Assembly: GCA_037444165.1 (NCBI GenBank)
Contig: JBBIMX010000002.1
Coordinates: 7,825 to 71,824 of the forward strand
Direction: 5' to 3'
Source of the DNA: Deltaproteobacteria bacterium
GTDB lineage: Bacteria; Desulfobacterota; BSN033; UBA1163
DNA: 64,000 nt
Of the stretch, positions 9,521 through 18,514 are shown piece after piece. Made by a program: the position numbers and the translations under genes. Position 1 is the stretch's first letter; the number at the start of each line of letters is the position of its first letter. The notes beneath the pieces were generated by a model. It saw only the letters and a program-made list of their open reading frames with translations, had not been told where the DNA came from and made no database searches.

Positions 9521-10504
9521 ATGCTATACGATCCTTATCAACGAAGAATCAACTATCTTAGAATTTCGGTCACTGACCGATGCAATCTCCGATGTCGTTA
9601 TTGTATGCCTGAAGAAGGAGTTCCCCTGATCCCGCATGATAAGATCCTGACCTATGAGGAGATTCTTCGGCTGGTCCATCTCTTTGTGTCCGAGGGAATC
9701 TCTAAGGTCAGGCTTACCGGAGGAGAACCTTTGGTCCGAAAAGGGATTGTTGAGTTTGTAGCCCATCTCTCAAAAATCGAAGGGATAAAAGACTTAAGCC
9801 TCACGACCAACGGAATTCTCTTAAAAGATTTTGCGAAGGCCCTGAAAGAGGCAGGATTAAAAAGGGTCAATATCAGTTTAGATACCCTCCGAAAGGAGAG
9901 GTTTTACCACATTACAAGAAGAAACGGTTTTGAGCAGGTATGGAAAGGGATCGAGGAGGCTTTAAACGCTCAGCTCTCCCCCATCAAGATTAATATGGTC
10001 GCTATTCGAGGAATGAATGACGATGAGATCGAATCCTTTGCCCAACTGACCTTTCATCTTCCCCTGACCATCAGATATATCGAGTATATGCCTTCTGGAA
10101 ATGGAGAGGAATGGAAAGAAGGGAGAATCTTAACCATCAAAGAGATTAAAGCTCGTCTGGAAAGAAAGGCTCCTCTTATTCCAGTTCCATCTGATCCGCT
10201 GGACGGACCGGCACAGAGATTTCATTTCGAAGGGGCCTTGGGAGAAATAGGTCTTATTGGACCTGTGAGTGACCACTTCTGTGGAAACTGTAATCGTCTT
10301 CGATTAACTCCTGATGGAAAGATCCGTACCTGTCTCTTTTCTGACGAAGAGATCGATGTCCGGCAATACCTCAGAAATGGAGCAGGGGATGAAGAAATAA
10401 GGGAAAGATTACTTGAAGCCTTAAAGTCAAAACCGGAGAAACACCAGATTAACACCCATCCGTTTAAAAAATGTCAGAGAAATATGTCGGCGATAGGGGG
10501 ATGA
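9521..10504 (+). CDS. moaA: GTP 3',8-cyclase MoaA (radical SAM)
   Basis: CNLRCRYC radical-SAM motif, C-terminal CGNCNRLRLTPDGKIRTCLF MoaA motif. Confidence 0.9.
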   Translation: MLYDPYQRRINYLRISVTDRCNLRCRYCMPEEGVPLIPHDKILTYEEILRLVHLFVSEGISKVRLTGGEPLVRKGIVEFVAHLSKIEGIKDLSLTTNGILLKDFAKALKEAGLKRVNISLDTLRKERFYHITRRNGFEQVWKGIEEALNAQLSPIKINMVAIRGMNDDEIESFAQLTFHLPLTIRYIEYMPSGNGEEWKEGRILTIKEIKARLERKAPLIPVPSDPLDGPAQRFHFEGALGEIGLIGPVSDHFCGNCNRLRLTPDGKIRTCLFSDEEIDVRQYLRNGAGDEEIRERLLEALKSKPEKHQINTHPFKKCQRNMSAIGG

Positions 10505-10578
10505 TCAGAGCGGGAGGGATAAGGGATTAAAAAAGATGGATTAAAAACAAGAGGAATTTTCATTCGATTGGGGGTCCA

Positions 10579-11073
10579 ATGTTAAAATTAACTCATATCG
10601 ATAAACAGGGTCGGGCAAAGATGGTGGATGTGAGTCATAAAAGGGAAACTTTGAGGGAAGCCATTGTTAGAGGATCGGTCTTTATGAATAAAAATACCTT
10701 TAAAAGAATTATATCAGGGAAAATTGAAAAGGGAGAGGTCTTTTCAGTAGCCAGGGTAGCAGGTATTATGGCTGCCAAAAGAACCTCTGAGATCATTCCC
10801 ATGTGCCATCCTTTGAATCTTTCCCATATCGAAATCAATTTTTTCCCCTTTGAAAAAGAGAGTCGAATCGATATCGAGGCCAGGGCTAAGATTAAAGCCC
10901 GAACCGGTGTAGAGATGGAGGCCTTTGTGGCGGTGGCGGCGGCAGGCCTCACCATTTATGATATGTGTAAAGCCATTGATCGGGGAATGGTAGTTTCTAA
11001 TATCCATCTGGTGAAAAAGACCGGAGGAAAGAGTGGCACCTATATCGCAAAGACGACGGAGATGAGTTCATAG
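10579..11073 (+). CDS. moaC: Cyclic pyranopterin monophosphate synthase MoaC
   Basis: LTHIDKQGRAKMVDVSHK N-terminus and overall MoaC-like 160 aa. Confidence 0.85.
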   Translation: MLKLTHIDKQGRAKMVDVSHKRETLREAIVRGSVFMNKNTFKRIISGKIEKGEVFSVARVAGIMAAKRTSEIIPMCHPLNLSHIEINFFPFEKESRIDIEARAKIKARTGVEMEAFVAVAAAGLTIYDMCKAIDRGMVVSNIHLVKKTGGKSGTYIAKTTEMSS

Positions 11074-11082
11074 GAGATAAAA

Positions 11083-11532
11083 ATGATTCAACGAGGCAAA
11101 GTCCTGGCAGTCAATATCAGCCAAGAAAAAGGAACCAAGAAAACGAATATCCATCGATGTATTTTACTGAAAGATTTTGGGCTAAAGGGGGATGCCCATG
11201 GAGGTCCATGGCATCGTCAGGTAAGCCTCCTTGCTAATGAATCGATTGAGAAGATGAGGGCGATGGGATTAAATGTAGGTTATGGCGATTTTGCAGAAAA
11301 TATTACTACCCAAGGAATTGATCTTGTTCATCTTCCTATCGGAACAGAAATTCGGATAGGAGAGGAGGTAGTCCTCAGGGTCACCCAGATTGGGAAAGAA
11401 TGCCATGAGCGTTGTGCGATCTACTATCAGGCCGGCGATTGTGTAATGCCTAAAGAAGGAATTTTTGCAGAGGTCCTCTCCGATGGAGAAATAAAGGTCG
11501 GAGATGAAATTAGGATTGAAACAGAACCATAA
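11083..11532 (+). CDS. MOSC domain-containing protein
   Basis: About 150 aa beta-barrel MOSC-like sequence; co-operonic with moa genes. Confidence 0.6.
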   Translation: MIQRGKVLAVNISQEKGTKKTNIHRCILLKDFGLKGDAHGGPWHRQVSLLANESIEKMRAMGLNVGYGDFAENITTQGIDLVHLPIGTEIRIGEEVVLRVTQIGKECHERCAIYYQAGDCVMPKEGIFAEVLSDGEIKVGDEIRIETEP

Positions 11533-11561
11533 ATGCCCATTCACGCTTTGGAGGAACACTT

Positions 11562-12695
11562 ATGGAAAAAGATGTGGTAGCCGTATTAGGAGGGGGAAAT
11601 GGAGGACATGCAGTCGCTGCTAACCTGGCCTTATCAGGATATAAGGTCAATTTTTTTGAACTCCCTCAATTCGCCGATACCTTTGAAAAGGTTCTTAGAA
11701 CCCGGGAGATTCGTATTGAAGGGGTTTCGATCGATGGAACAGCCAAATTAAATTTAGCCACCCATGATATCGAACAGGCCATCCAAGATGCGGAAGTGAT
11801 ATTTGTGATCACCCCTGCCTTCGGCCATAAAGCAATGGCTGAGGTCTGTGCCCCTTTTGCCCAAGATGGTCAAATCTTTGTCCTGATGCCGGGATCAGGA
11901 GGAAGCTTAGAATTTGCAAAAATCTTTAAACAGAAAAAAGTAAAAAAAGAGGTGATCTTTGCTGAAAGTTGCACCCTTCCCTATGGAACCCGGCTGAAAG
12001 CTCCTGGACATGTGATGGTTTTTATTCATGCCCTCATCCTTCCTACCGGAGTTTTTCCAGCCAGGAAAACAGAGGAGGTTATCTCAAAACTCAAATCGTA
12101 CTATCCTATCATCATCCCCACAAAGGATGTTTTAGAAGCCGCTATCAATAATCCTAATCCTGTTGTTCATCCCGTCGCGACCCTCCTCAGCGCCACCCGA
12201 ATTGAACATTCCAAGGGTGAGTTCTATCTTTATGCGGAGGGAATGACACCCTCCGTGGCTCGAGCATTTGAATCCCTCAATCAAGAGAGGCTCTCTATCT
12301 GTAAAGCCATGGGATATAAACTTTATCACTGGGATAATCTGGACTTTAGAAACTATCACTTAGGAGATACCGAGGAAGAATGCCGATATCGAATTCTTAA
12401 CACAAGTATGGATGCGGCATTTGGAAAAGATGGGATTTATGCAGGGATGAAGATGAAGGGACCGGAACACTTAAAAGACCGCTATATTACAGAGGATGTC
12501 CCCTATGGAATGGTTCTAATCTCGACCTTGGGGGATCTTCTTGGAATTCCCACCCCAACCCACGATGCCGTAATCCAACTTACCTCTGTAATTAATCGTA
12601 CAGATTATTGGAAGACCGGCCGAGGAGTTAAAGAACTGGGACTCTCCAAAATGAATAAGCAAAGATTAAAGAGATTTCTTTTCGAAGGGAAATAA
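11562..12695 (+). CDS. NAD(P)-dependent opine (octopine/nopaline) dehydrogenase family oxidoreductase
   Basis: N-terminal Rossmann motif VLGGGNGGHAVAANLA typical of the opine dehydrogenase family. Confidence 0.6.
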   Translation: MEKDVVAVLGGGNGGHAVAANLALSGYKVNFFELPQFADTFEKVLRTREIRIEGVSIDGTAKLNLATHDIEQAIQDAEVIFVITPAFGHKAMAEVCAPFAQDGQIFVLMPGSGGSLEFAKIFKQKKVKKEVIFAESCTLPYGTRLKAPGHVMVFIHALILPTGVFPARKTEEVISKLKSYYPIIIPTKDVLEAAINNPNPVVHPVATLLSATRIEHSKGEFYLYAEGMTPSVARAFESLNQERLSICKAMGYKLYHWDNLDFRNYHLGDTEEECRYRILNTSMDAAFGKDGIYAGMKMKGPEHLKDRYITEDVPYGMVLISTLGDLLGIPTPTHDAVIQLTSVINRTDYWKTGRGVKELGLSKMNKQRLKRFLFEGK

Positions 12696-12821
12696 TCCCT
12701 TTTAAGCTAAAAAGTTGTATTTTCTTAAAGAAATTTAAGGACTTAAGTCCACTGAAAATTACTAATAAAATCAATTAATTCAGATTTATTCCCTATCTCC
12801 CCCAAGAAGTTAAAATTTCCC

Positions 12822-12850
12822 TTGACAAATAGAACCTATTATTTTAGTAT
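12822..12850 (+). promoter_or_regulatory. sigma70-type promoter upstream of fhs
   Basis: TTGACA (12822..12827), 17-nt spacer, TAGTAT (12845..12850); about 140-nt AT-rich leader follows. Confidence 0.5.
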
Positions 12851-12996
12851 GGCATTCGAAATTGTGACTATTATCACATGCTTTTTTAACTAAAATCACT
12901 CAAAATAAATAGAAAGGGGGGATAGAAACCGCTAAATTTAAAATTCTAAGTTTAAAAATTAAAAAATTTAAAAAATAGAAAGGGGGAATTTTTCAC

Positions 12997-14784
12997 ATGC
13001 CATTTACCATTACAAAAAAATATATAGAAGCAGATCCAAGGAAACTTCCAGACTGGCAAATAGCCGATATTGCTGAAGAAACGATGCCTACGGTGGATGA
13101 ATGGCGAGATCGTTTAGGCCTTCAAAAGGATGAGATTATCCCTTATGGGAGAATATGCAAACTGGATTTCATGAAAATTATTGAGCGATTAAAAAATAAG
13201 CCTGATGGGAAATATATTGAAGTGACGGCCATTACGCCCACTCCGCTTGGGGAAGGAAAGACAACCACCACGATGGGTCTGATCGAGGGACTTGGTAAAA
13301 GAGGGAAAAATGTTGGCGGGTGTATCCGTCAGCCTTCAGGTGGTCCGACTATGAATATCAAAGGAACGGCCGCTGGAGGAGGAAAAGCTCTTCTGATTCC
13401 CATGACAGAGTTCTCCCTCGGTCTAACGGGTGACATTGATGCGATCACTAATGCCCATAACCTGGCCATGGTTGCTCTCACTGCAAGAATGCAACACGAA
13501 AGAAACTACGATGATGCAGAACTGGCAAAAAGAAACCTCAGGCGTTTAGATATCGATCCAACCAATGTTGAAATGGGTTGGGTCATAGATTTCTGCGCCC
13601 AGGCTTTGCGCAATATCATCATCGGGATCGGTGGAAGGATGGATGGTTATATGATGCAATCTAAGTTTGCGATCACAGTGAGTTCCGAACTTATGGCCAT
13701 CCTTTCCATTGTGAGAGATCTGAAAGACCTTCGCGAAAGATTGGGGAAAATAGTAGTTGCCTTTGATAAGAAAGGAAATCCGGTCACTACCTCTGATCTT
13801 GAAGTGGCAGGGGCGATGTGTGCCTTTATGCGCAATACGATTAACCCCACCTTGATGTCTACGGTTGAATATCAGCCTTGTATGGTTCATGCGGGTCCGT
13901 TTGCCAATATTGCTGTAGGACAATCTTCTATTATAGCTGACCGCATTGGTTTAAAGATGTTTGATTATCATGTCACTGAAAGTGGCTTTGGCGCCGATAT
14001 TGGTTTTGAGAAATTCTGGAATGTAAAATGTAGGTTCAGTGGCCTTAAACCCAATGTCTCTATTCTTACCACTACCATAAGAGCTCTAAAAATGCATGGA
14101 GGTGGGCCTAAAGTGGTTGCGGGTCTCCCTCTCGATGAGTCTTATACCAAGGAAAATCTTGGACTTCTTGAAAAGGGAATTGCCAATATGGTCCACCACA
14201 TTGGGATTATCAAAAAGTCAGGAATCAGCCCTGTGGTCTGCATCAATACCTTCCATACCGATACCAAAGATGAGATTGCAATGGTTCGAAGGTATGCAGA
14301 ACAGGCAGGAGCGAGATGTGCCATTTCAGAACACTGGCTCAAAGGTGGAGAGGGGGCCCTTGAACTCACCGATGTGGTTCTGGATGCCTGTAATGATAAA
14401 GTCGATTTCAAGTTTCTTTATCCTCTTGAGATGCCATTAAGGAAAAGAGTAGAAATTATTGCCAAAGAGGTCTATGGGGCTGATGGGGTTTCCTGGACTC
14501 CGGAGGCAGAGGCAAAGGCGAAACGTTTAGAAAGTGATCCGAATTTTCAAGACTTTGCCACGATGATGGTAAAGACCCATTTGAGCCTAAGCCATGATCC
14601 AGCACTCAAAGGAGTTCCCAAGGGCTGGATCCTTCCGGTCCGGGATGTATTGATATTTGCCGGGGCTAAATTCCTTTGTCCTTGCACAGGAACAATCAGC
14701 CTGATGCCTGGAACAAGCTCAGACCCTGCTTTCAGAAGAATTGATATAGATGTGAATACTGGCAAGGTCACGGGTCTGTTCTAA
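12997..14784 (+). CDS. fhs: Formate--tetrahydrofolate ligase
   Basis: [16 protein letters not shown]-loop signature of FTHFS; 595 aa. Confidence 0.95.
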   Translation: MPFTITKKYIEADPRKLPDWQIADIAEETMPTVDEWRDRLGLQKDEIIPYGRICKLDFMKIIERLKNKPDGKYIEVTAITPTPLGEGKTTTTMGLIEGLGKRGKNVGGCIRQPSGGPTMNIKGTAAGGGKALLIPMTEFSLGLTGDIDAITNAHNLAMVALTARMQHERNYDDAELAKRNLRRLDIDPTNVEMGWVIDFCAQALRNIIIGIGGRMDGYMMQSKFAITVSSELMAILSIVRDLKDLRERLGKIVVAFDKKGNPVTTSDLEVAGAMCAFMRNTINPTLMSTVEYQPCMVHAGPFANIAVGQSSIIADRIGLKMFDYHVTESGFGADIGFEKFWNVKCRFSGLKPNVSILTTTIRALKMHGGGPKVVAGLPLDESYTKENLGLLEKGIANMVHHIGIIKKSGISPVVCINTFHTDTKDEIAMVRRYAEQAGARCAISEHWLKGGEGALELTDVVLDACNDKVDFKFLYPLEMPLRKRVEIIAKEVYGADGVSWTPEAEAKAKRLESDPNFQDFATMMVKTHLSLSHDPALKGVPKGWILPVRDVLIFAGAKFLCPCTGTISLMPGTSSDPAFRRIDIDVNTGKVTGLF

Positions 14785-14800
14785 ATGATCAATGATTATC

Positions 14801-14847
14801 TCTCCCCCATCCCATCTCGATCGAAGTTGAGATGGGATGGGGAGAAA
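14801..14847 (+). terminator. GC-rich 17-bp hairpin immediately after fhs stop (terminator/attenuator or RNA-stability element)
   Basis: TCTCCCCCATCCCATCTC ... GAGATGGGATGGGGAGA inverted repeat with 10-nt loop; not followed by a canonical U-tract. Confidence 0.35.
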
Positions 14848-15043
14848 ATAAACATCTTTATTCCTTTGTCAGGTCAAAAGACGATGGACCTCCTCTATGA
14901 AAGAGGAAAACCTCCAGATTTAAAATTGATCCCTCCTCTTGAGGAAAAAACATTAAATCCACATCAAAAAGAAATGACCTAACCCAATTGATAAAATAAA
15001 CGGTCTCCAAAGGGAGATGGAATGTTAAAGGAGGGGAGAGAAG

Positions 15044-15931
15044 ATGACAGCAAAATTGATCAATGGCAATGAGATTGCCAAACAGATTCGAGAAGAGTTG
15101 AGGCAAGAGGTAGCTCATTTAAAAGAGAAATATAACGTGGTTCCTGGACTGGTTACGATTCTCGTTGGAGAGAATCCTGCCTCCGTGAGTTATGTGACGG
15201 CCAAACAAAAGACTTCAAAGGAGTTAGGCTTCTATTCCATTCAGGACAACCAGCCCGAGAGTATCACAGAGGAACAGCTCCTTCAGCTTATTGATAAGTA
15301 TAATAAAGATCCCAAGATTCATGGCATTCTGGTTCAACTTCCTCTACCGAAACACATCAATGAAACCCAAATTCTTTATGCGATTGACCCCAAGAAAGAT
15401 GTGGATGGTTTTCATCCTGTCAATGTCGGAAAATTGATGATCGGTGAGGCGGATTATCTCCCCTGCACTCCTGCCGGAATTCAGCAGCTTCTTATTCGGT
15501 CTGGAGTCCAGATCGAGGGAGCAGAAGTCGTCGTGGTGGGAAGATCGAACATTGTCGGAAAACCCATTGCCAATATCCTTCTTCAAAAACAGAAAGGAGC
15601 CAATGCCACGGTCACCATTTGTCACACGGGTACAAGGGATATGGCCTTCCATACTCGAAGAGCAGATATCCTGATTGTCGCCGCTGGGAAACCCAAGGCG
15701 ATTACAGCCGATATGGTAAAGGAGGGGGCGGTCGTCATTGATGTGGGGGTTAATCGAATTGGCGTAACTCCTGATGGAAAAGCCAAACTCTGTGGGGATG
15801 TGGATTTCGATGCGGTCAAAGAAAAGGCCTCTATGATCACCCCTGTCCCTGGGGGAGTAGGGCCTATGACGATCACGATGCTGATGATGAATACGGTAAA
15901 AGCTGCCAAACTCCATGCCGGGATAAAATAA
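15044..15931 (+). CDS. folD: Bifunctional methylene-THF dehydrogenase/methenyl-THF cyclohydrolase
   Basis: Typical FolD motifs (SVSYV, VGRSNIVGKP, PVPGGVGPMT). Confidence 0.95.
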   Translation: MTAKLINGNEIAKQIREELRQEVAHLKEKYNVVPGLVTILVGENPASVSYVTAKQKTSKELGFYSIQDNQPESITEEQLLQLIDKYNKDPKIHGILVQLPLPKHINETQILYAIDPKKDVDGFHPVNVGKLMIGEADYLPCTPAGIQQLLIRSGVQIEGAEVVVVGRSNIVGKPIANILLQKQKGANATVTICHTGTRDMAFHTRRADILIVAAGKPKAITADMVKEGAVVIDVGVNRIGVTPDGKAKLCGDVDFDAVKEKASMITPVPGGVGPMTITMLMMNTVKAAKLHAGIK

Positions 15932-15950
15932 ACCGAAGGAACTTCCATTC

Positions 15951-16637
15951 ATGGGTTTGATTCGGGTGAGGATCGATGGTCAAGAAATTGAATGCCTCGA
16001 GGGTGAATATTTACTCTGGATCGCCCTCGATCATGGGATTTATATTCCCAATCTCTGTGCTATCCGGGAAAAAAAGGAACCCTACGGGGGATGTCGACTC
16101 TGTTTTGTTGAGATCGAAGGCCAGGAAGCCCCGTCGACGGCCTGCACATTGAGGGTAAAGGACGGCATGAGGATCCAGACGAAAGGTCCAAAGGCCTTAA
16201 GACTTGCCAGAACAGCCTTCGAATTAATCCTCACCAATCATCCTGTAGATTGTGGTCACTGTCTAAAAACGGGTTTGTGTGAACTTCAAAAAATTGCCAA
16301 ACATCTTAGCATAAAGCTGAGCACCCAGCGATTGAAGAAATTTTTAAGCGGGCTTCCGATCGATGAAACGAGCCCCTTATTTGTCTATGACCCCAATAAA
16401 TGTGTTCTTTGTGGAAGGTGTGTCTGGTACTGCCATGAAAAAATAGGAATAGGAGAGATTGGATTTGCCTATCGAGGTTTTCAGAGATGGGTCACGACTT
16501 TTGACAATGCCCCTGTCGGACAATCCGAATGCAGGGATAGGAAAGAACTGGTGGAAATCTGCCCGGTAGGGGCTTTTGGGGCAAAAGATAGGCGAATGGG
16601 GAAACAGAAAATCCATCAAATAGGAGGATCAACATGA
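15951..16637 (+). CDS. Iron-sulfur protein with NuoG/[FeFe]-hydrogenase N-terminal-like [2Fe-2S] and [4Fe-4S] domains (228 aa)
   Basis: 2Fe-2S ferredoxin-like N-terminus (C..GGCRLC..C); His-ligated cluster motif HPVDCGHCLKTGLC; CVLCGRCVWYC; no molybdopterin or hydrogenase catalytic domain follows (overlaps acsE start). Confidence 0.7.
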   Translation: MGLIRVRIDGQEIECLEGEYLLWIALDHGIYIPNLCAIREKKEPYGGCRLCFVEIEGQEAPSTACTLRVKDGMRIQTKGPKALRLARTAFELILTNHPVDCGHCLKTGLCELQKIAKHLSIKLSTQRLKKFLSGLPIDETSPLFVYDPNKCVLCGRCVWYCHEKIGIGEIGFAYRGFQRWVTTFDNAPVGQSECRDRKELVEICPVGAFGAKDRRMGKQKIHQIGGST

Positions 16638-17521
16638 TTATCATCGGTGAAAATATCCATGTCATAGCCAAAGATGTATCCCAAGCCATTCGGGAGAGAA
16701 ATGAAAAAGTGATCCAGGCCCTGGCCAGAGAACAAACCCAGGCAGGAGCCCACTATATTGACCTTAATGTGGGACCGATGAAAAAAGATACGGAAGAAAC
16801 CATGAAATGGCTGGTCAACTGTGTTCAAGAAGTGACCGATCTTCCCCTCTCCATCGATACAATGAACCCGGTGGCCATGGAAGCGGGATTGAAATACTGT
16901 AAAAAAAGACCTTTACTCAATTCGGCTTCAGGGAAAACAGACTCCAAGCAACAGATGCTCCCCCTGGCCAAAAAATATAATTGTGATGTGGTCATTTCGG
17001 TGATGACTGATAAAGGAATGCCTCCGGAAGTAGAATCGAAGATCGAGAGTATTATGGATACAGTGGCCTATGCCAATGAATTAGGGATTCCGAACGAAGA
17101 TATCTGGGTGGATCCTATCATTCTCCCTGTGAGCACCGCAGGGGAGGGACAGAAGATTGCTGTCGGGAATCTTGAATTCATCAAGATTCTTCCGGATGTC
17201 CTGCCCGGGGTGAAATCCACTGTGGGACTCTCCAATGTCTCCAATGGGGTCCCTTCCCATCTGAGGCCGATTCTGAACCGCACCTATCTGGTCATGCTTG
17301 AAAGAAATGGACTCTATTCAGCCATTGCTGATCCCCTGGATGAAGAATTGATGGCCTTCATGAGAGGGGAACATCAAGAAATTAAGGACCTGATATATAA
17401 AGTCATGGATGGAGAGGAAGTGGACCTCTCCTCTTTATCTCAGAAAGAGGTGGCTTATGTAAAGACGGCTCGGGTTTTGATGGCTCAAACTCTGTATTCA
17501 GATGCCTGGTTGGAAATTTAA
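16634..17521 (+). CDS. acsE: Methyltetrahydrofolate:corrinoid/iron-sulfur protein methyltransferase (MeTr)
   Basis: Pterin-binding DHPS-like TIM barrel; IIGENIH...DLNVGP motifs. Confidence 0.85.
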   Translation: MIIIGENIHVIAKDVSQAIRERNEKVIQALAREQTQAGAHYIDLNVGPMKKDTEETMKWLVNCVQEVTDLPLSIDTMNPVAMEAGLKYCKKRPLLNSASGKTDSKQQMLPLAKKYNCDVVISVMTDKGMPPEVESKIESIMDTVAYANELGIPNEDIWVDPIILPVSTAGEGQKIAVGNLEFIKILPDVLPGVKSTVGLSNVSNGVPSHLRPILNRTYLVMLERNGLYSAIADPLDEELMAFMRGEHQEIKDLIYKVMDGEEVDLSSLSQKEVAYVKTARVLMAQTLYSDAWLEI

Positions 17522-17593
17522 AAGAATCTATGTCATAATTATTTTGTAAAAATTATTTTATTATAAAAATTATTCTCTTTTAGGAGGAATTTT

Positions 17594-18514
17594 ATGGAAT
17601 ATAAAGTCCCAATCGAAGCGTATAAAGGTGTCGTTAGAGAGGTAACCATCGGGAAAGGAGATAAAGTGTTAAAGATTGGAGGAGAAAATCTCCTCCCCCT
17701 TCATTTCTTCGATGAAGGATCGATGCCTAATCCTCCCAAATTTGCCCTCGAGGTCCTCGATATGGAACCTCCGGAAAAGATTCCTCACCTTCTTGAACCG
17801 TTCGGGGAGGCCACCTCTGATCCTATCCAGTGGGCTAAAAAGTGTGAGACCTTTGGGGTTGATGCCATCTGTCTGACCCTTATCAGCACGGATCCTGCTG
17901 AAAAAGACAGTCCCGCCGATCAGGCCGCCCTGTTGGTCAAACGAATGGTCTCTGAAATCAAAAAACCCTTGATTGTCTATGGGTCGGGAGATGAGAAGAA
18001 GGATGCAGAAGTCCTGCCCAAGGTGGCCCAGATCTGTTCCGGTGAAAATCTCCTAATCGGTCCTGTCCAAAAAGAGAATTTTGAGGTGGTTGGAAAGGCC
18101 ATCCTTGAAAACGGTCATGTAGCCATTGCCCAGAGCCCCCTGGATATCAACCTTCTTAAAGAATTGAACGTAAAACTCTGTAAGTTTCTTCCACCCGAAA
18201 GGGTGGTCATTGACCCGCTTTCCTCCGCCTTAGGTTATGGGATTGAATACAGCTTTTCACTCATGGAAAGAGTAAAGCAGATTGGCGTGATCACCAAAGA
18301 TAGTATGACGATGATGCCCATTATTGCCAACCTTGGTGACGAATGCTGGAAAACGAAACAGGCCAAAGAGAATAAAACTCAGGGATTGCTCTGGGAAGGA
18401 ATAACAGCCCTCTCTCTCTATCTCGCAGGGGCGAATCTCCTTATTCTCAGACATCCTGAAACACTCAAACTGGTTAAAGAAACTATAGGAGGAAATGGAA
18501 GATGGCCGAGTTAA
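17594..18514 (+). CDS. cdhD: Corrinoid iron-sulfur protein small subunit / ACDS delta subunit
   Basis: AcsD/CdhD-like 306 aa TIM-barrel protein; sits between acsE and cdhA. Confidence 0.8.
   Translation: MEYKVPIEAYKGVVREVTIGKGDKVLKIGGENLLPLHFFDEGSMPNPPKFALEVLDMEPPEKIPHLLEPFGEATSDPIQWAKKCETFGVDAICLTLISTDPAEKDSPADQAALLVKRMVSEIKKPLIVYGSGDEKKDAEVLPKVAQICSGENLLIGPVQKENFEVVGKAILENGHVAIAQSPLDINLLKELNVKLCKFLPPERVVIDPLSSALGYGIEYSFSLMERVKQIGVITKDSMTMMPIIANLGDECWKTKQAKENKTQGLLWEGITALSLYLAGANLLILRHPETLKLVKETIGGNGRWPS

Noticed and set aside
12696-12996. Possible ZTP (pfl) or THF riboswitch upstream of fhs
   Set aside because: The leader is uniformly AT-rich and lacks the GC-rich pseudoknot and P3 elements of the ZTP motif; only a promoter and an SD duplication were found
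15344-15952. 202-aa minus-strand ORF
   Set aside because: Antisense to folD, which has unambiguous family motifs
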